Assembly (NCBI GenBank): GCA_043228905.1
Contig: JBHGNT010000016.1
Coordinates: 4,588,001 to 4,652,000 of the forward strand
Reading direction: 5' to 3'
DNA length: 64,000 nucleotides
Source of the DNA: Azolla caroliniana
Taxonomy: Eukaryota; Plantae; Polypodiophyta
Made by a program: the position numbers and the translations under genes. Each line of letters starts with the position of its first letter. Positions within the stretch are counted from its first letter, which is position 1. Shown here one piece after another: positions 1-13,151 of this stretch. The notes beneath the pieces are model-generated. The model was not told the origin of the DNA. It was given only the letters and a program-made list of their open reading frames with translations, and did no database searches.

Positions 1-581
1 CAGTAGATTCCCTAATGTAGACGTTGTAGCCATTGTAGTAGCCCGTTGGAAGTCAGAATTGGCTTGCAGTAGCTGAGAAATCATGGGGTGCTCCAGTTGG
101 AGCTGCGAATAAACGCTTCAACACATCTCATTTACTTCTTCAAAGCTTCAAGAAACTTCACATTACCCGTCATCCATTTATACCAGTGACAACTTTTAAT
201 GATGTAGTTAAAAGGAAGGATAATATAAAGAAATGCCCCTTGTATTAAGATTACCTTTACTAAATTTGAGAATATCAAAGTCATGAGCTAAATACAAGTG
301 AGATCCGCACTATAGTATGATTTGTTGTAGATCTTTAGATTTCTAGTTTGATACACTTAGTGTGAGTGTGGCATACGGCAAGTGTTATATAGTCTAGCAA
401 ATACGTGATTGATCCTATGGTCCATGACACACTGTCATGTAGCTTAGTATAAGAGATATATTCAATGCATGTAGTTTAGTATCCTATTAAATTATCGGCT
501 TTGTGGTGACAACACTCAATTGATGTACCAATGTAGAGGTTTTCACACACGTTTATTAATATATAATTGTGTGTTGTCACG

Positions 582-584
<3 letters not shown>

Positions 585-632
<48 letters not shown>
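585..632. repeat. (AG)n microsatellite
   Basis: Uninterrupted AG dinucleotide run of about 24 units. Confidence 0.95.
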
Positions 633-636
<4 letters not shown>

Positions 637-660
637 CACGAGGTGATTAATGGTGCTTAT

Positions 661-1277
661 TGTTAGGAAACAGGTCCCTCCGAATGGGAAGGAGAGCGCG
701 AGTCGGAGAGAAGAGTAAGTTGAATTGGTCGACAGCAACTCAGCCAAGGCCGAAAAATTGATTGATTCCCAATTCGTTCGAGGCCAAAAATCGAATAATA
801 ATCAATTCGGCTAATAGCCGAATCGGTCAAAGCTGACTCGGGGCTATATTTGCGAATAGCCTATTTGTGCCCTTAATGGGCTATATTTGCAAATAGCCCA
901 TATTGTGTATGAGTATAAATACACTTAGGGCAAATCATTATAGTTGTGATGTATGCATAGTTGTTGTTGGTTGTTGACTCTGTAACTAAGAGAGAGTAAG
1001 AGAAAGAAAGAGTGAGTGTCTCCTCTATAACCATCGGTTTGACGAAGAAGAACTCAAGGTTGTTGCCTTGCAGTTCCTTATTGTATACTCATATAGTGAT
1101 TTCTTGGAGTTCATGGACTCCTGTGGTTTTTCCCTTTCTGGGTTTTCCACGTAAAATACTTGACATGTCTCTATAAGTTTTCATTTTCAGAATCTGTCTT
1201 CTGTTTTCTATCACTTTGATCTCTGCACCCATGTGTGCACGTGTATCAACCGATTGTAGCTGGAAGTATCCTTATCA
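661..1277 (+). mobile_element. Solo LTR, copia (Tnt1/Tork-like) family
   Basis: TG...CA ends with a perfect 5-bp TSD CTTAT (656-660, 1278-1282). Shares the 5' end, TATA region and GGTTTTCCACG motif with the LTRs at 19662, 26374 and 60200-60734. Confidence 0.85.
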
Positions 1278-1566
1278 CTTATGTCTTTCAAAGAAAGAGA
1301 CGTGATTCAAAAAAATCAGGCCATTTTATAGTTAACATACATGTGGTGTTCTTGGGACAGAACCCCAAATGAATTGGAACTCACTAGGGAGCCCAGTCCC
1401 AATCCCAAAGAAGAGGTCGTCCTTTGTTGGGACAACCAAATCCCAACAACTAGTCCTAATAGCCATATTTGGCCTATATGAGAAGGTTCATTCCCCATTT
1501 GTAGATGATTCCCTTAGGTCCCATGCTCTGAGTTTCAATTATCCTAGCTCTAAGGAGCGTGTAGTG

Positions 1567-1646
1567 CTTTTCACTCTCCTTTGTTGGTTTTGGGAGTTGG
1601 GGTTGAGTCGGGACAACTCCCAAAACCAACAAAGGAGAGAGAAAAG
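1567..1646. repeat. Inverted repeat / hairpin (~33-bp arms, 14-nt loop), possible MITE remnant
   Basis: CTCTCCTTTGTTGGTTTTGGGAGTTG is followed by its exact reverse complement CAACTCCCAAAACCAACAAAGGAGAG. A partial related copy lies near 1420. Confidence 0.7.
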
Positions 1647-1779
1647 TTGTTTCGATTCAATTTTCGAAAACTTCGATTCGGTTGAATCGGCTTTCGGTTT
1701 TTTGCCCAAATATCCGAATTGGTTTTTGGTTCTGTTGTTCGGTGGTCAGCGATTACTAATACCTTTCAGTACTTTTGGT

Positions 1780-2602
1780 ACTCCCCCTCAAGCTCGGCAA
1801 TGTAGATATCATGAGACCGAGTTCCGTCGTAAATTGTCCAAGCTTGTTGACTCCTAAGGCCTTAGTGAAGATGTCAGCAACCTGTAGATTCGTGCTAAAT
1901 CTGTGTTGTAAATCGACATCTCTAGCCTGAACGCGCTCACGGATGAAGTGGTAGTGCACTTCGATATGTTTTGTGTGCACGTGGAACACGGGTTCCGAGC
2001 TTGGTAGATACTGCTTATGTTGTCGCAGTATAAGCAAACTGGATCCGTGATGGGAGCACCTAGATCCTTCAAAATGTGTTTGAGCCAAACAGTCTCGCAT
2101 GCGGTGACTTCCGCGCATCAGCTTTTGTGCTCAACAATGCGATCGTCGGCTGCTTTTTGTTGCTCTAGGAGATCGCACCACTGTCGAGGGAGAAGACGAA
2201 TCCGGAAGTCGATCATCTATCGTCCTTATAGCCGGCCCAGTCTGCGTCAGTGTACCCTTCGAGCAGGATGATTGTATCTGACTTGTATATGATGCCGAAA
2301 TCCATTGTCCCACCAATGTACCTAAGTAACCGCTTAACGCAATTGAGATGAACATTTTGAGGATTCTGCATGAATTGGCTAAGTAGGCCGATCGAATAGC
2401 CGAGGTCGGTTCGTGTGATGGTTAGATAGATTAGGCTACAGATTAGTTGTCGATATTGAGTCGACTCACACTCTACTATTCCTGAATCGACATCGAGTTT
2501 GAGATTTCGATCGAGAGAGGTAGACACAGGTTTGCACTTTGTCATTCCGAACTTGTAAAGTAAGTTGAGGATGTAGTGTAGTTGAGAGATCAATATCCGG
2601 AC
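1780..2602 (-). pseudogene. Copia (Ale/Retrofit-like) RT-RNase H 3' remnant with PPT
   Basis: Motifs YRQLICSLIYLTITRTD, GYTDADWAG, HTKHIEVHYHFIRERV and QVADIFTKAL are spread across frameshifts. PPT GAGGGGGAG lies at 1781-1789. Confidence 0.85.
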
Positions 2603-2648
2603 CTCCTCTTCTAATTCTCCTTGTAAGTCCGGATATTGATCTCTCAAC

Positions 2649-3217
2649 GGTGCTGGTCTACGATAGAAACCTCGACAATCAGCATCGGTCGACCCGGAAA
2701 TTCGTATGTTGGTGGTTCGGGTCATACGTGGTGACGAGCGTAAACAATAATGCCACGTACCACCTGGCGGAGCTCGATGGGACGAGGATCGCGGTTCCGG
2801 TTGTGGGAAAATGGATCAAGGACTTTAAGAAACGACACGAAGCGGAACCAAATTCGGAGACCGGAGACGGAACTGTCGAGAGCGATGAGTCAGATGAAAA
2901 CCGGACCGACGACGGATCGAGAGAAGATGAGTAAAGGCTGAGCCGGAATCCCCACCGTTGCACTACTTGGCACATGCCGAAGAATGTGCGGTCTGGTGGG
3001 GGTGGATGTCGTGAATGATTCCGGCTATGAGGAGAAAAGGGGCCGGATGCGCGTGAACGGGGTGTGTAAGGATGCACACGGAAATGTACAAAAACATGTA
3101 TATAACATAGGACTAGTAAGTACTAGGTAGAGACTAGGTTGTAGGTTTTAATGGGTACTTTAAAGACCGACACACATAGAGAGAATACGGGGATTTGATG
3201 TGAAGAAATCGGGGGGA
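2649..3217 (+). pseudogene. Gypsy integrase C-terminal (GPY/F) remnant, 3' UTR and PPT
   Basis: ORF 2650-2934 (RKF..WFGSYVV..NNATYHLAELDG..V.GKWIK.F). Purine tract GGGGGGA at 3211-3217 sits immediately before a TG. Confidence 0.75.
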
Positions 3218-4644
3218 TGTCTGATACCGATCACGTTGTAACAGTCTCCCCTTGTGCTATAAAAAGGGAGGCTTGAGCCTTTCTTGTGTTTTGGGAACAT
3301 CGCCATCTATTGCGGAACAAGATCGACACTCTTCTTCTATAAGCTCCTATAAGATCGTCAGTAGATAGTACAAGATCATAACATCTATAGCAGCAAAGAG
3401 AATACAACAAGTAAACCAAAGAGAGAGAGACAATTCGGCACAATGTAAAGAGTATATTACAACTTAAAGCAACCAACCCCTAACTGGGTTACAAAGGCAG
3501 TTTATATACTGACTGATTTAGGGCAACTGCCCTTCTCACTATTTACATAAATAGCCTAAGTCTAGTGTGTACAAAAGGAGATGGTGTGAATATGTCCATG
3601 AGAAGCCTGTATTCAACACTCCCTCGTAATGGGCGTATACATCTGAAATCTGTAGACCGAAATGAATGACCAATACAGATTGATACAAGGTTTACGAACA
3701 ATCGAGAATTCATTCGAGTCGGTGAAATCTGAAGAGCAGAAGGTCAGATTGGCCAAGTTCGGAGAGATTGAAGTCCAACTTCGAACTATCAAGGTCTATT
3801 GTCCGAGAAACTTCCTGAGTGTCCGATTTAATCAAACTAATTCTTCATTACACCCATTCGATGCTGAAGGGATTGAAATCGATTTGACAAAAGGCACTTG
3901 GTTAATGCGTTCGTGACATTATCGGTTGTCGATATTTTCTTTAGACCAAATTTCCCTGTAATGACGCAGTCCCGAATGAAATGATATCGAACATTGATAT
4001 GCTTGGAGGCGTTGTGATGAACCAGATTTTTTGACAGAGCAACAACACCTTCAATGTCACTGTAAACAATTGGAGTCGAGCCGATTTCGGCTTGTCAAAA
4101 TGTGCAGACCAGTCGACCAAGCCATAAGGCCTCTTTCACCGCATCGGATGCGGCTACGTATTCGGCCTTGGTCGTTGATGTGGCGGTGCACTCCTGAAGT
4201 TTCGATTTCCATGAGATCGCTCCATTTCCGGGTTTAAAACAATATCCGGTTGTCGATTTACGGTTGTCTATGCAACCTGCAAAGTCCGAGTCAGTGTATT
4301 CGACTACGCCTGAGATGTCATTCGGGCCGAACAGAATACCAAGGTCTTTTGTGCCCACTAGATATCTAAACACATGCTTGACTGCGTTCTAGTGCGACCG
4401 GCCGGGATTATGCATAAATCTGCTGACGACTCCAACAACGTGAGCGATATTAGGCCGTGTCGCGACCATCGCGTACATTAGAGAGCCAATTGCCGGTGCA
4501 TATGGTACCAACATCATAATTTCCCCCTTCGGACCAGATGTTGGGCAGTCTCGCTGAGATAGCCGAGTATGAATAGGGAGCGGGGTAGAGGCAGATTTCA
4601 CCGATTGCAAATTGAAGCGTTTGAGGACACGTCCAATGTAGTCG

Positions 4645-6263
4645 CCCACAAAATTCCTTTACTAGAAGATCTTCAAAAAGGAACACTTTACGTACCCCCT
4701 TGGAGCACTCTATCATTACAAGTATGTTGGCCGAATTTGAATCTTTGTAGTCAAATCATAGAATACGGCCATACATAAAATGTGGTTTCAGTTTTAAGCT
4801 GCCCCTCGCCCTTCTTCTTTGCTGTATACAACACGACTTTTTCTTGGAGTCGATGTATTGCATACACCATTCCTTGTCTGTTAGATCACGGTCAAGAAGG
4901 TCTTCACCACTAGTAGCTGCTAATAGTTTCTTTTGACTGACCTCATTGGGTGGTTGAGATTTTGTCTCCTTGTTGAAGAGAAGCTTTTTTCCTCTCTTCA
5001 TGTTCTCGGGAGCTATTAGGGTTTGGCTTTCAATTGGAGAGCCTTGTATCCGGAGCTTTATCTTCTTCACAGGTCGATCTGACAAATTCTCAAACGACCT
5101 ATTTAAGAAAGGACATGCGAAAACGTAAGTTAGGTGGTCACGTAGATTAAGGTTGTATATTAAAATACACATAATTAGACGAAGACAAAAACTAGCAGGC
5201 GATTTGTGGTAAACTATAAATATGAATCATGCATTGAGTGAACATGGTAGTCCTTTATTCAAAAATCCATTCTAGTGAGGGCTATTCAACGCAGAAAATA
5301 TATATCTTAATAAGTATACAAGGATATATATTATCTTGAAGGGTAGGTATGGCTTATATTGATTCCATATCCATATTCTATAGAATTTGCATATGATAGA
5401 CTTGAATTTGGTATCGTAAAGGTAATTTGTGGGTTATTTTCAACTATTTTAAGCTATACTAGGTCATAAAACCTCTATAATTAAGGCCCCTATTTGTTAC
5501 AAAATATGGCAAATCTCCATAAAAAAAGTTTGATTTTGACAGAAAGTTTGATATCTTTTCACACAATACTAAATTGTTGCCCCAAAGACACAATATTCCT
5601 CTTTAAATTGTGTGTTTTATATAGGAACTCGATACGCCGTATCGTGTTCCTGTATATAGTTCGTGTTTATACATGAACTCGATGCAGGGTATCGAGTTCA
5701 TGTATCAAACACATATTTTACATAGGAATTCTATACGGCATATCGAGTTCCTCTACAAAATGTAAACTTTAAACAGGAACTCGATATGCAGTATCGAGTT
5801 CCTGTATAAAACACATGCTTTATACAAGAACTCGATATGGTGTATCGAGTTCTAGTATAAAACAAGAACTTTATACAGGAACTCGATACGCCGTATCGAG
5901 TTCCTGTATAAAACCCAAACATAATACAGGAGCTCGATACGCCGTATCGAGTTCCTCTGTAAAAGACGTACATAATACAGGAACTTGATACGGTGTATCA
6001 AGATCCTGTTTAAAACGCATATTATATATAGGAAAACACAAACTGTGTACAGGAACTCGATACGCCGTATCAAATTCTTGTATAAACACGAACATAATAC
6101 AGGAACTCGATACGCCGTATAGAGTTCCTGTATAAAACACAAACATTATACAGGAACTCGATACGACGTATCGAGTTCTTGAGTGCTAAAACATATTTAC
6201 AAAAATGTCCATAGTGTCAGAGGCTTACCTGGAGTCCTAGCGCTCGATTTTGTTTGAAGACAT
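4645..6263 (-). pseudogene. Accessory gene of the Sola-like element, unknown function; exon1 6263-6229, exon2 5098-~4645 (truncated)
   Basis: ATG at 6263, donor AG|GTAAG and acceptor AAATAG|G are both phase 2 and join in frame with ORF 4756-5172 (MSSNKIER*DSRSFENLSDRPVKKIKLR...). Two in-frame stops. TATAAAT near 6383-6389. Confidence 0.6.
5618..6180. repeat. Tandem array of ~11 palindromic units (37-bp palindrome, ~51-bp period)
   Basis: Unit core ATACAGGAACTCGATACG-C-CGTATCGAGTTCCTGTAT is a perfect inverted repeat, separated by ~13-14 nt A-rich linkers. Confidence 0.95.
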
Positions 6264-7090
6264 GGTTGATCTTGTCGATGTTTAGGCGGAGATCTCGCTT
6301 TCATGCTTCGTGCTTAGTGTGCTCTGTTTGCTCTATGTGCTCTTGTGCTTCGTGTGATTGAAATATGACGCTCGGGTCTTCCTATTTATAGGGATTGACC
6401 ACAGTGGTTAAAGTAACCACAGTCACTTTAATGAGGGTTGGCAAGCTTGAGGTTAGTTAGTTAGTAACCACAATCACTTTAACCAAAGTTACTTATGATT
6501 GCATCAATGATTACAAAGTCAAACTAACATATTGATGATTATTTTATAGTCAAAATAACATACAATGACTTTGAAGGTCATGAAGGTAACAATGATAGAG
6601 GTTCATGAATGAACCAATGATTGATTACTCAAAGCAACATTTTTAGGACTCTTAATTGCTTTATATTAAAGATGTGGCCATGAATGAACCAATGATTGAA
6701 AAGTCTTATATTTAAAATGGTGGGCATGAATGAACCAATGACTGAGAAGTTCTATATTAAATATGGGTGCCATTAATTAACCAATGATTTTAACTTTAAT
6801 CTAACATATATATGGCTTGGTAATGATTGTAATTATATCATACTTGATTTAACTTTATACAGACTAGTTTAAGTAATTATTAATATGTTAAATACAATTA
6901 TTATATTAAAAATAATATATTTATGTATTGTATTAATATAATATTAAATAATATAGACATTATATTGAGGGAGCTTCTGTTTAGAGAGGAGTTTATGTTT
7001 AGAGAGGAGTATATGTTTAGAGAGGATCTTATCAGTTTTTTATGTTAGCCTAAGCACATAACTTAAAGAGCTCTGTGTGGACCTTAAGCC

Positions 7091-9824
7091 ATGAGTGAAG
7101 ATTCACCGTTCTCGATTGAAGAATATTGTTTGTCATCAGACTCTTCGTTTTCTACCGAAGAGTATTGTTTGTCGACAGACTCACCATTTTCTATTGAAGA
7201 ATATTGTCTGTCGACAGACTCACCATATTCTATCGAAGAGTATTGTCTGAGCTCATCTTCACCTACAACGAATGTGAATAATGACACATGTGAAGAGTTC
7301 TCTATTGAAGAATACGATATTAATAAAGATATGGAGAATGAAGGTAGTGCCAATGAAACATCGAATATCATGGGCGATGGTCACAACAAAGAATTGGATA
7401 CTAACAAGGTTACACCAACTTCTATGTAGGAAGAAAAATCTGGAAGCCCTATGCATATTAGAAGAATCCCACGAAGAATTCGTCTGGATAGATTTAACTT
7501 GGTGACATCAGATAAACAGATTGGATTTGATGTCAAAAAAATATGATGTGCCCGTGGTTGTATATCTATGATTGGAAAATCAAAGTTGCGAGAATTAAGG
7601 CGATACTATTTTTCGATGATTGATGATGAGCAACACACTTACCTCGGGTCACATATGCAACTAGTGTCTGACAAATGTACGGGGATCAAAGTATCATTCG
7701 AGTATTATATCTTCCATGCGCAACAGATATGTAGAGTTGCATTCAAAATTGCGTTATGTGTTAGTAACATGCGGCTACATAGAGTACAACAACGTCTACT
7801 TAGCGGGGATCAGATGCTCAATTGTAAAGAGGTTCCAAGTATGAAAGGTGCAATTGGAAGACATGCTATTGGTTGGATGAAAAGTTACTTTCAGTTAAAT
7901 TGTGAAGTAATGCCCACTACAGGTAGGATGCACCTCTTTGATAATTACACACGTCAGGAAGTTTATGATGTCTATCGATCTGATATGGTGGGCTCACGTA
8001 ATAAGTCTGTCACATATAGCCAATTCACAAGTCTGATATTCAAATGTTATCATTCCACGTAAAGTACGCATGGGGTATTGCTCCATTTGTGCAAATCTTA
8101 AAAGTTTGGCTAAAGGTGCAAAGACATCAATGGAAAAGGATATGAGTAAGAAGTTACTACAAGAGCATCGTGAGGCACAATCCTTAGAACGAAAGAAGGC
8201 GATGCATCATAGAGAGAAGTGTTTGAAGAGGCCCGAACAATACATGTGCTTAATGATAGATGGCATGGACCAAAAGAAGACGTGCTTGCCGCATATGCGG
8301 AGGCTCCCCAAAGATGTCAATGATGAGTGCCTTGTTCAAATGCACTTGGTGGGATGCTTGGCTTATAATAGCTCAGTTGGACCTCACGTCTTCATTACAT
8401 ACCCCAATGTTCACAATGACCCTAACCTAACAGTTCACCGAGTTTTGATGTCTTGGGGCCAACCTTTCCCCCCTGTTCTATACATTCAATGGGACAATAC
8501 TACTAGAGAGAACAAAAATTCAACTGTGTTTGGCTATTTAAGTATGTTGGTCAAGCAAGGATTGTTTAGAAAAGTGAAAGTCAATTTTCTTTTGGTTGGC
8601 CACACACATGATCATATAGATCAGATGTTTAGCACATTCTCGAGACAGTTGTCTCGGCATGATGCTTTCACATTACCTAAACTATTTGATGTCATTTGTG
8701 ATGCATATACACCAAGCCCAAAAGTGTTACACTTGAAGGAGGTATATGACTTTAAGAGATATATATCAGATGGGGGTGTTGGGAATGTTAAAGTGCTCGC
8801 CCAGTTAAACAATATAAGCTTCAATCCCATTTTTATGATAAAGAAAAATGAAATAAGTGGTTCTACGCTTTTGTATGCTAAACAATATTCATTTTCTACA
8901 ACATGGGAACCTGAAGGTGGTTGCCAGTTATTACTTTGTATTCCGAGTACAATTGTTCAGGGAGCTAAGCAAATGCCAATTGAGAAGAAAGGACAGTTGC
9001 ATAGTGACTTGGTATCGGAACAAAAACGGTTATGGCTCCAAGCCTTAGAAGAAAAAAGAAAGCATATTGAGGCCGCCAAGAAATATGTCGTACAACAAGA
9101 CACATCATGGTGGGATGTATTTTATAGTGATCAGAAAGGAATTATAGACAATTGTGTATTTGGTGATAATTGGAATTTGGAAACGCCATTCACATGGTCG
9201 CTGCAACATGATTGTGTAAATAAAACTCTGGAGCAACCAGCAAATGCAATTAATGACAGTTTGGTCCATCCACAACAAAGAGACATTTATGTGGGACCAA
9301 GAATGACCAAAGTAGCCGAAGCTAGATGGCAAGGCAATTTGCAAGAGCTCACAGCGGGGATGTTGATTGCAACGCCGACTGATGAGAACTCACATGGCCA
9401 CCAATTTTGGGTTGGTAAAATTCTAGAAGTGCTAATGCATGAAATAGAAAACACGATCAAGTCTATAAATGTTCATTGGTACAACACTAGAAGTGCAAAT
9501 GCTTTTACAGGTAAGTATACATTGGAGATGATTGAATGCCCAACAACAAGGGGAGGTAGGAAGAGGAAGCGAAACATTTGTAACACCTCGACCCTTGATA
9601 TCTCTGATGTGGATATCATCGTGTACGACTTCACACTTACAAAAGCCGGACGATTAAGGAAGTCAACAATAGATATAATAAAAGAAAAATTACCAAGTCT
9701 ACAAGGTGGCTCGAGTTAAAGGCAAACGAGATCGGCTACAAATAATCTAGAGTCAAACCATTTGGTTTATGACGAAGATAATGCACTGATTGGTACATCC
9801 GAGGATGACGAGGAGGAATCGTAA
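7091..9824 (+). pseudogene. Sola-like DDD transposase pseudogene (~900 codons)
   Basis: ORFs 7091-7429 and 7568-8062 share a frame and are separated by stops; a frameshift near 8030-8040 leads into 8070-9719. Motifs CSIC, LMIDGMDQKK, QWDNTTRENKN, FLLVGHTHDHIDQMFS. The N-terminus has 13-aa repeats (DSPFSIEEYCLST). Confidence 0.8.
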
Positions 9825-12800
9825 TTGTATATTAGTTATAGTAGTGATTCTCCGTAAAGGAGTGATCATGAATGTATTTTTGGCTATTAAGTGTAACTAC
9901 ATTCCGCTTGTAACAAATCGAGTAATATAAAAGCATGTGTTTTGAATTCCTATGATTTCTAAAAAATCGTTTCTTATAAAATAACATTGGTTGTAAAGTT
10001 TGTGATATAAATTGAGAATGCAACATTTTGAAATTCCTCTTTTTTTATTTACTTCTAAATCATGAAAATAGTGGATTTTTAACCTTTTTCATAGTATGTT
10101 TGAACATGTATGATATTAGTATCAATGTGTTTTGTAAAATCATTGAAAAAGCCCTAAAATCAACCAAAATTTTCCTTATCCTTCCATTTATGCGCGATCC
10201 TTCCACTTGTGAACGCAAAAGTGTTAATTGTCGTTGATTACGATTCTGACTTATCTTCATACCAAGGATGTGTTGTGCCGAACTGAGATCCTTCATGGCA
10301 AACTTCAACCGTAGTTGCCGAACGAGTTCGGCGAGTTCACCTGCATGGCGTCCAGAAATTAGCATGTCGTCTAGAGATTAGCATGTCGTCCATGTAGATG
10401 ATGAGGAAGATGGGTGATCCATCTTGAGTTTTTTTCGTGAAGAGACAGTGGTCCTCATCGCTCTTTGAGAAGCCGATCGATTGGATGAAGTCGTCAAACT
10501 TCTTGTACACCACTGTCGCAAGGCCTATTTTAGGCCATAAAGACTCTTCCTGAGTCAGCAGACTAGATGTTCTTGGCCGGATGCCAGAAAGCCTTTCGGC
10601 TACTCCATATAAATTTCCTCCTCAAGATCACTGTGGAGGAAAGCCATTTTGACATCTAGTTGAATCAGCTCCAAATTCTCGGCTGCCACTATGCCGAGCA
10701 TAAAGAGAAGGGTGGTCATTTTTACCATTGGTGAAAAAATTTCGTCAAAATTGACGCCGTATTCCTCTTGAAAACCCTTTGCTACTAATCTGGCTTTGAA
10801 ATTTGGGGTGGCCGAATCGGATGTCTCCTTAATTTGATAGATCCATTTGCGCGGAAGAGCACACCGATTTTTCGGTGATTTGACTAGGTCCCAAGTCTTG
10901 TTTGTGTGAATGGAGTTCATTTCAGACTCCATTGCCAGATGTCAGGTGGCTGAATCGGCTGACACCGATGCTTCTTCATATGACGTCAGTCACCGACGTC
11001 CGTAAAGAAGATGCCAAGAGAGTATCTGTCCGGGGGTTGCGACAGTCTCTCGGATCTTCGAGGTATGACTGGACTACTCGCATCGGGTGTTGTGGTCGGA
11101 TGGTCCAAAGCCGAATCATTCGGCTGTGCTGAGTCGAAATTCTCCGAGTCGGTGTTAGAAAGTTCAGCTACCCGTGAAACTGACTATGTGTTATGCGCTG
11201 GGCCTTCGTGAAGGGTTGGGAAAAAATTACCCTTCGGACTTCGATCGGTTTTTCGACCGATTGGTGCATGGCCGACTCATTGAACACGATGTCCGAACTT
11301 CGGATGATCTGTCTGTGTTCGGGGTCCTAGAGTTGGTATCCCATTTCACCATTTGTTCCATAATTGAGGAAAATAAATTTCTTGGACCTTGGTGCTAGTT
11401 TGCAACAATCATCTTTCAGGATGAGGGCGTACGCCTCACATCTGAAAATCCTCAGCTTGTTGTAATTCGGCTTACTGCCAGTCCATAGTTCCTGAGGGAT
11501 CCGAAGTCCTAGAGGTCTGCTCGGCGACATATTGATTATGTGTACTGCCGTAAGTAGGGCCTCTACCCAGAAGCCATCCGACAGTCCGGAGTGTTGGAGC
11601 ATGGAAACTATCCTTTCTTGAATTGTCCGATTCATTCACTCGGCAATTCCATTCTGCTTCGGACTGTGGGGTGCCATAAATTCACATCTGATGCTGCGTT
11701 GTCGACAAAATTTGACGAATTCCTCTCATTTGAACTCTTCCCTGTTATCGGATCGAAAGCTTTTTAGTTTTCGGTCGGACTCATTCTCAACCATGGCGAG
11801 CCAATCGGAAAAGATCGAGAAGACACAATCTTTGGTTTTGATCAGATAAGCCCACACCTTCTGAATCAAGTTGTCAATGAAGTTGACGAAATACGGAGCG
11901 GCACTGAGGGATTGATGTGGCATAGGACCACATACGTCCGAGTGGACTAAATCGAGCGGACTCGATTCTCTCGGGGCAGATGAAGGGTGTGTTACGGCTA
12001 TCTGCTTGCCGTATTGGCATTGCTTGCAGAAATGATGATCTGAGAAGGAGAGTTTGGGAATGTATCCGGCTCTAGATAAGTGCGTGATGCCGGCTTGCTG
12101 AGGTGTCCAAGCCGTCCATCCTAGAGTGCTGACACGGGAATGTCAACCAAAAACAGGTCACCCTCTCTACGTGTGACGTGCAAAGGATACAATGAGTGTA
12201 TCTTCGGTCCTCGAGCAAGCAGGAGGTTCCCTCTATGGAGCGTCCACCCTCCTGATGAGAAGCCAACACGGATGCCGTCTTCATCCAATTGTCCGTCTGA
12301 GATCAGTGGTCGTGAGAGCTCAGGTAAATGTCAGACATTGCGTAGTACTAATGTAGAGCCATCTGCAAGGTTGAGCTGTACCGTGCCGATTCCAATTATG
12401 TCGCAATGTTGCAAATTTCCGACCCGAATTGAGTCCGATTGTCGGGCTGCATATTGCCGAAATTGGGATCAATGAGGAGTCACATGAAAGGATGCACCCA
12501 AATCTAAGAGCCACGAGATCGATTCTTCAGTCGTAAGCAGAACTTCTGATTCGATTAAGTTCTCAATTGATAGTATATTCGGGTCGTTTGTCAATACTTC
12601 GGCCGAAGAGCCGATGTAGTTGATCTCCTCGTGTCGGCCACTCTTCTGCTCCACTGCTGAGCCTTATCGTTTTAGGCCTTGAGTACAGGGCAATCGGCTT
12701 TGATGTGTCTGGGTTTCTTGCAGTAATTGCAGACTCGATTATCCCAGGACTTGCTCCGACTTCGCTGATTATTCGGCTGCCGTGAAGAACTTCTTCCACG

Positions 12801-13151
12801 GCTGTTCGATTGGTTGGTCGAACCATGTACTACGTAAGCGTTCTTGGCTGAATAGTTAGCAAACGATTTTCTCCGAGTTTCTTTAGTCAGAATTGCACTC
12901 GTGACTGAGGAGTACTTAACGGCAATTGTCGACACATTGCACACGGTTGTAACGAAAGTTTCCCACGAGGGAGGGAGACTACTCATGAGCAACATTGCTT
13001 TTAGTTCATCCTCAATAATTGTCCCTTGGGCCGAAATTTGGGAGCTTAAGCTTTCATACTTGTTTAGGTGTGCCTGGACCAAGTCGAACTCTTTCATCCA
13101 AAGGTTATAAAGGCACCGAATCAGGTATATCTTGGTGGCGACGACCTTCTT

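Larger units (their letters stand above)
4645..10225 (+). mobile_element. Decayed Sola-like (probably Sola1-type, DGMDQ class) DNA transposon inserted in the RT of copia A; left end deleted
   Basis: Interrupts the copia RT between ...NRNQRQL and DYIGRVL. It contains a DDD transposase pseudogene and a divergent accessory gene. The right end abuts TTAA/AATT; no matching left TIR was found. Confidence 0.7.

Noticed and set aside
1369-1857. 162-aa ORF as a host gene
   Set aside because: It spans a hairpin repeat and antisense copia sequence, and has no recognisable domain.
4682-4700. Left TIR of the Sola-like element (AACACTTTACGT vs AACACTTTTGCGT)
   Set aside because: The match is short and imperfect, lies inside the accessory reading frame and has no TSD.
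5618-6180. CRISPR array (palindromic ~37-bp repeats with spacers)
   Set aside because: The linkers are only ~13-14 nt and similar to each other, the repeats are degenerate, no cas genes are present, and the context is a eukaryotic intron.
10358-10391. Short direct duplication ATTAGCATGTCGTC as a transposon excision footprint
   Set aside because: It is equally explained by slippage or repair, and there is no supporting evidence.
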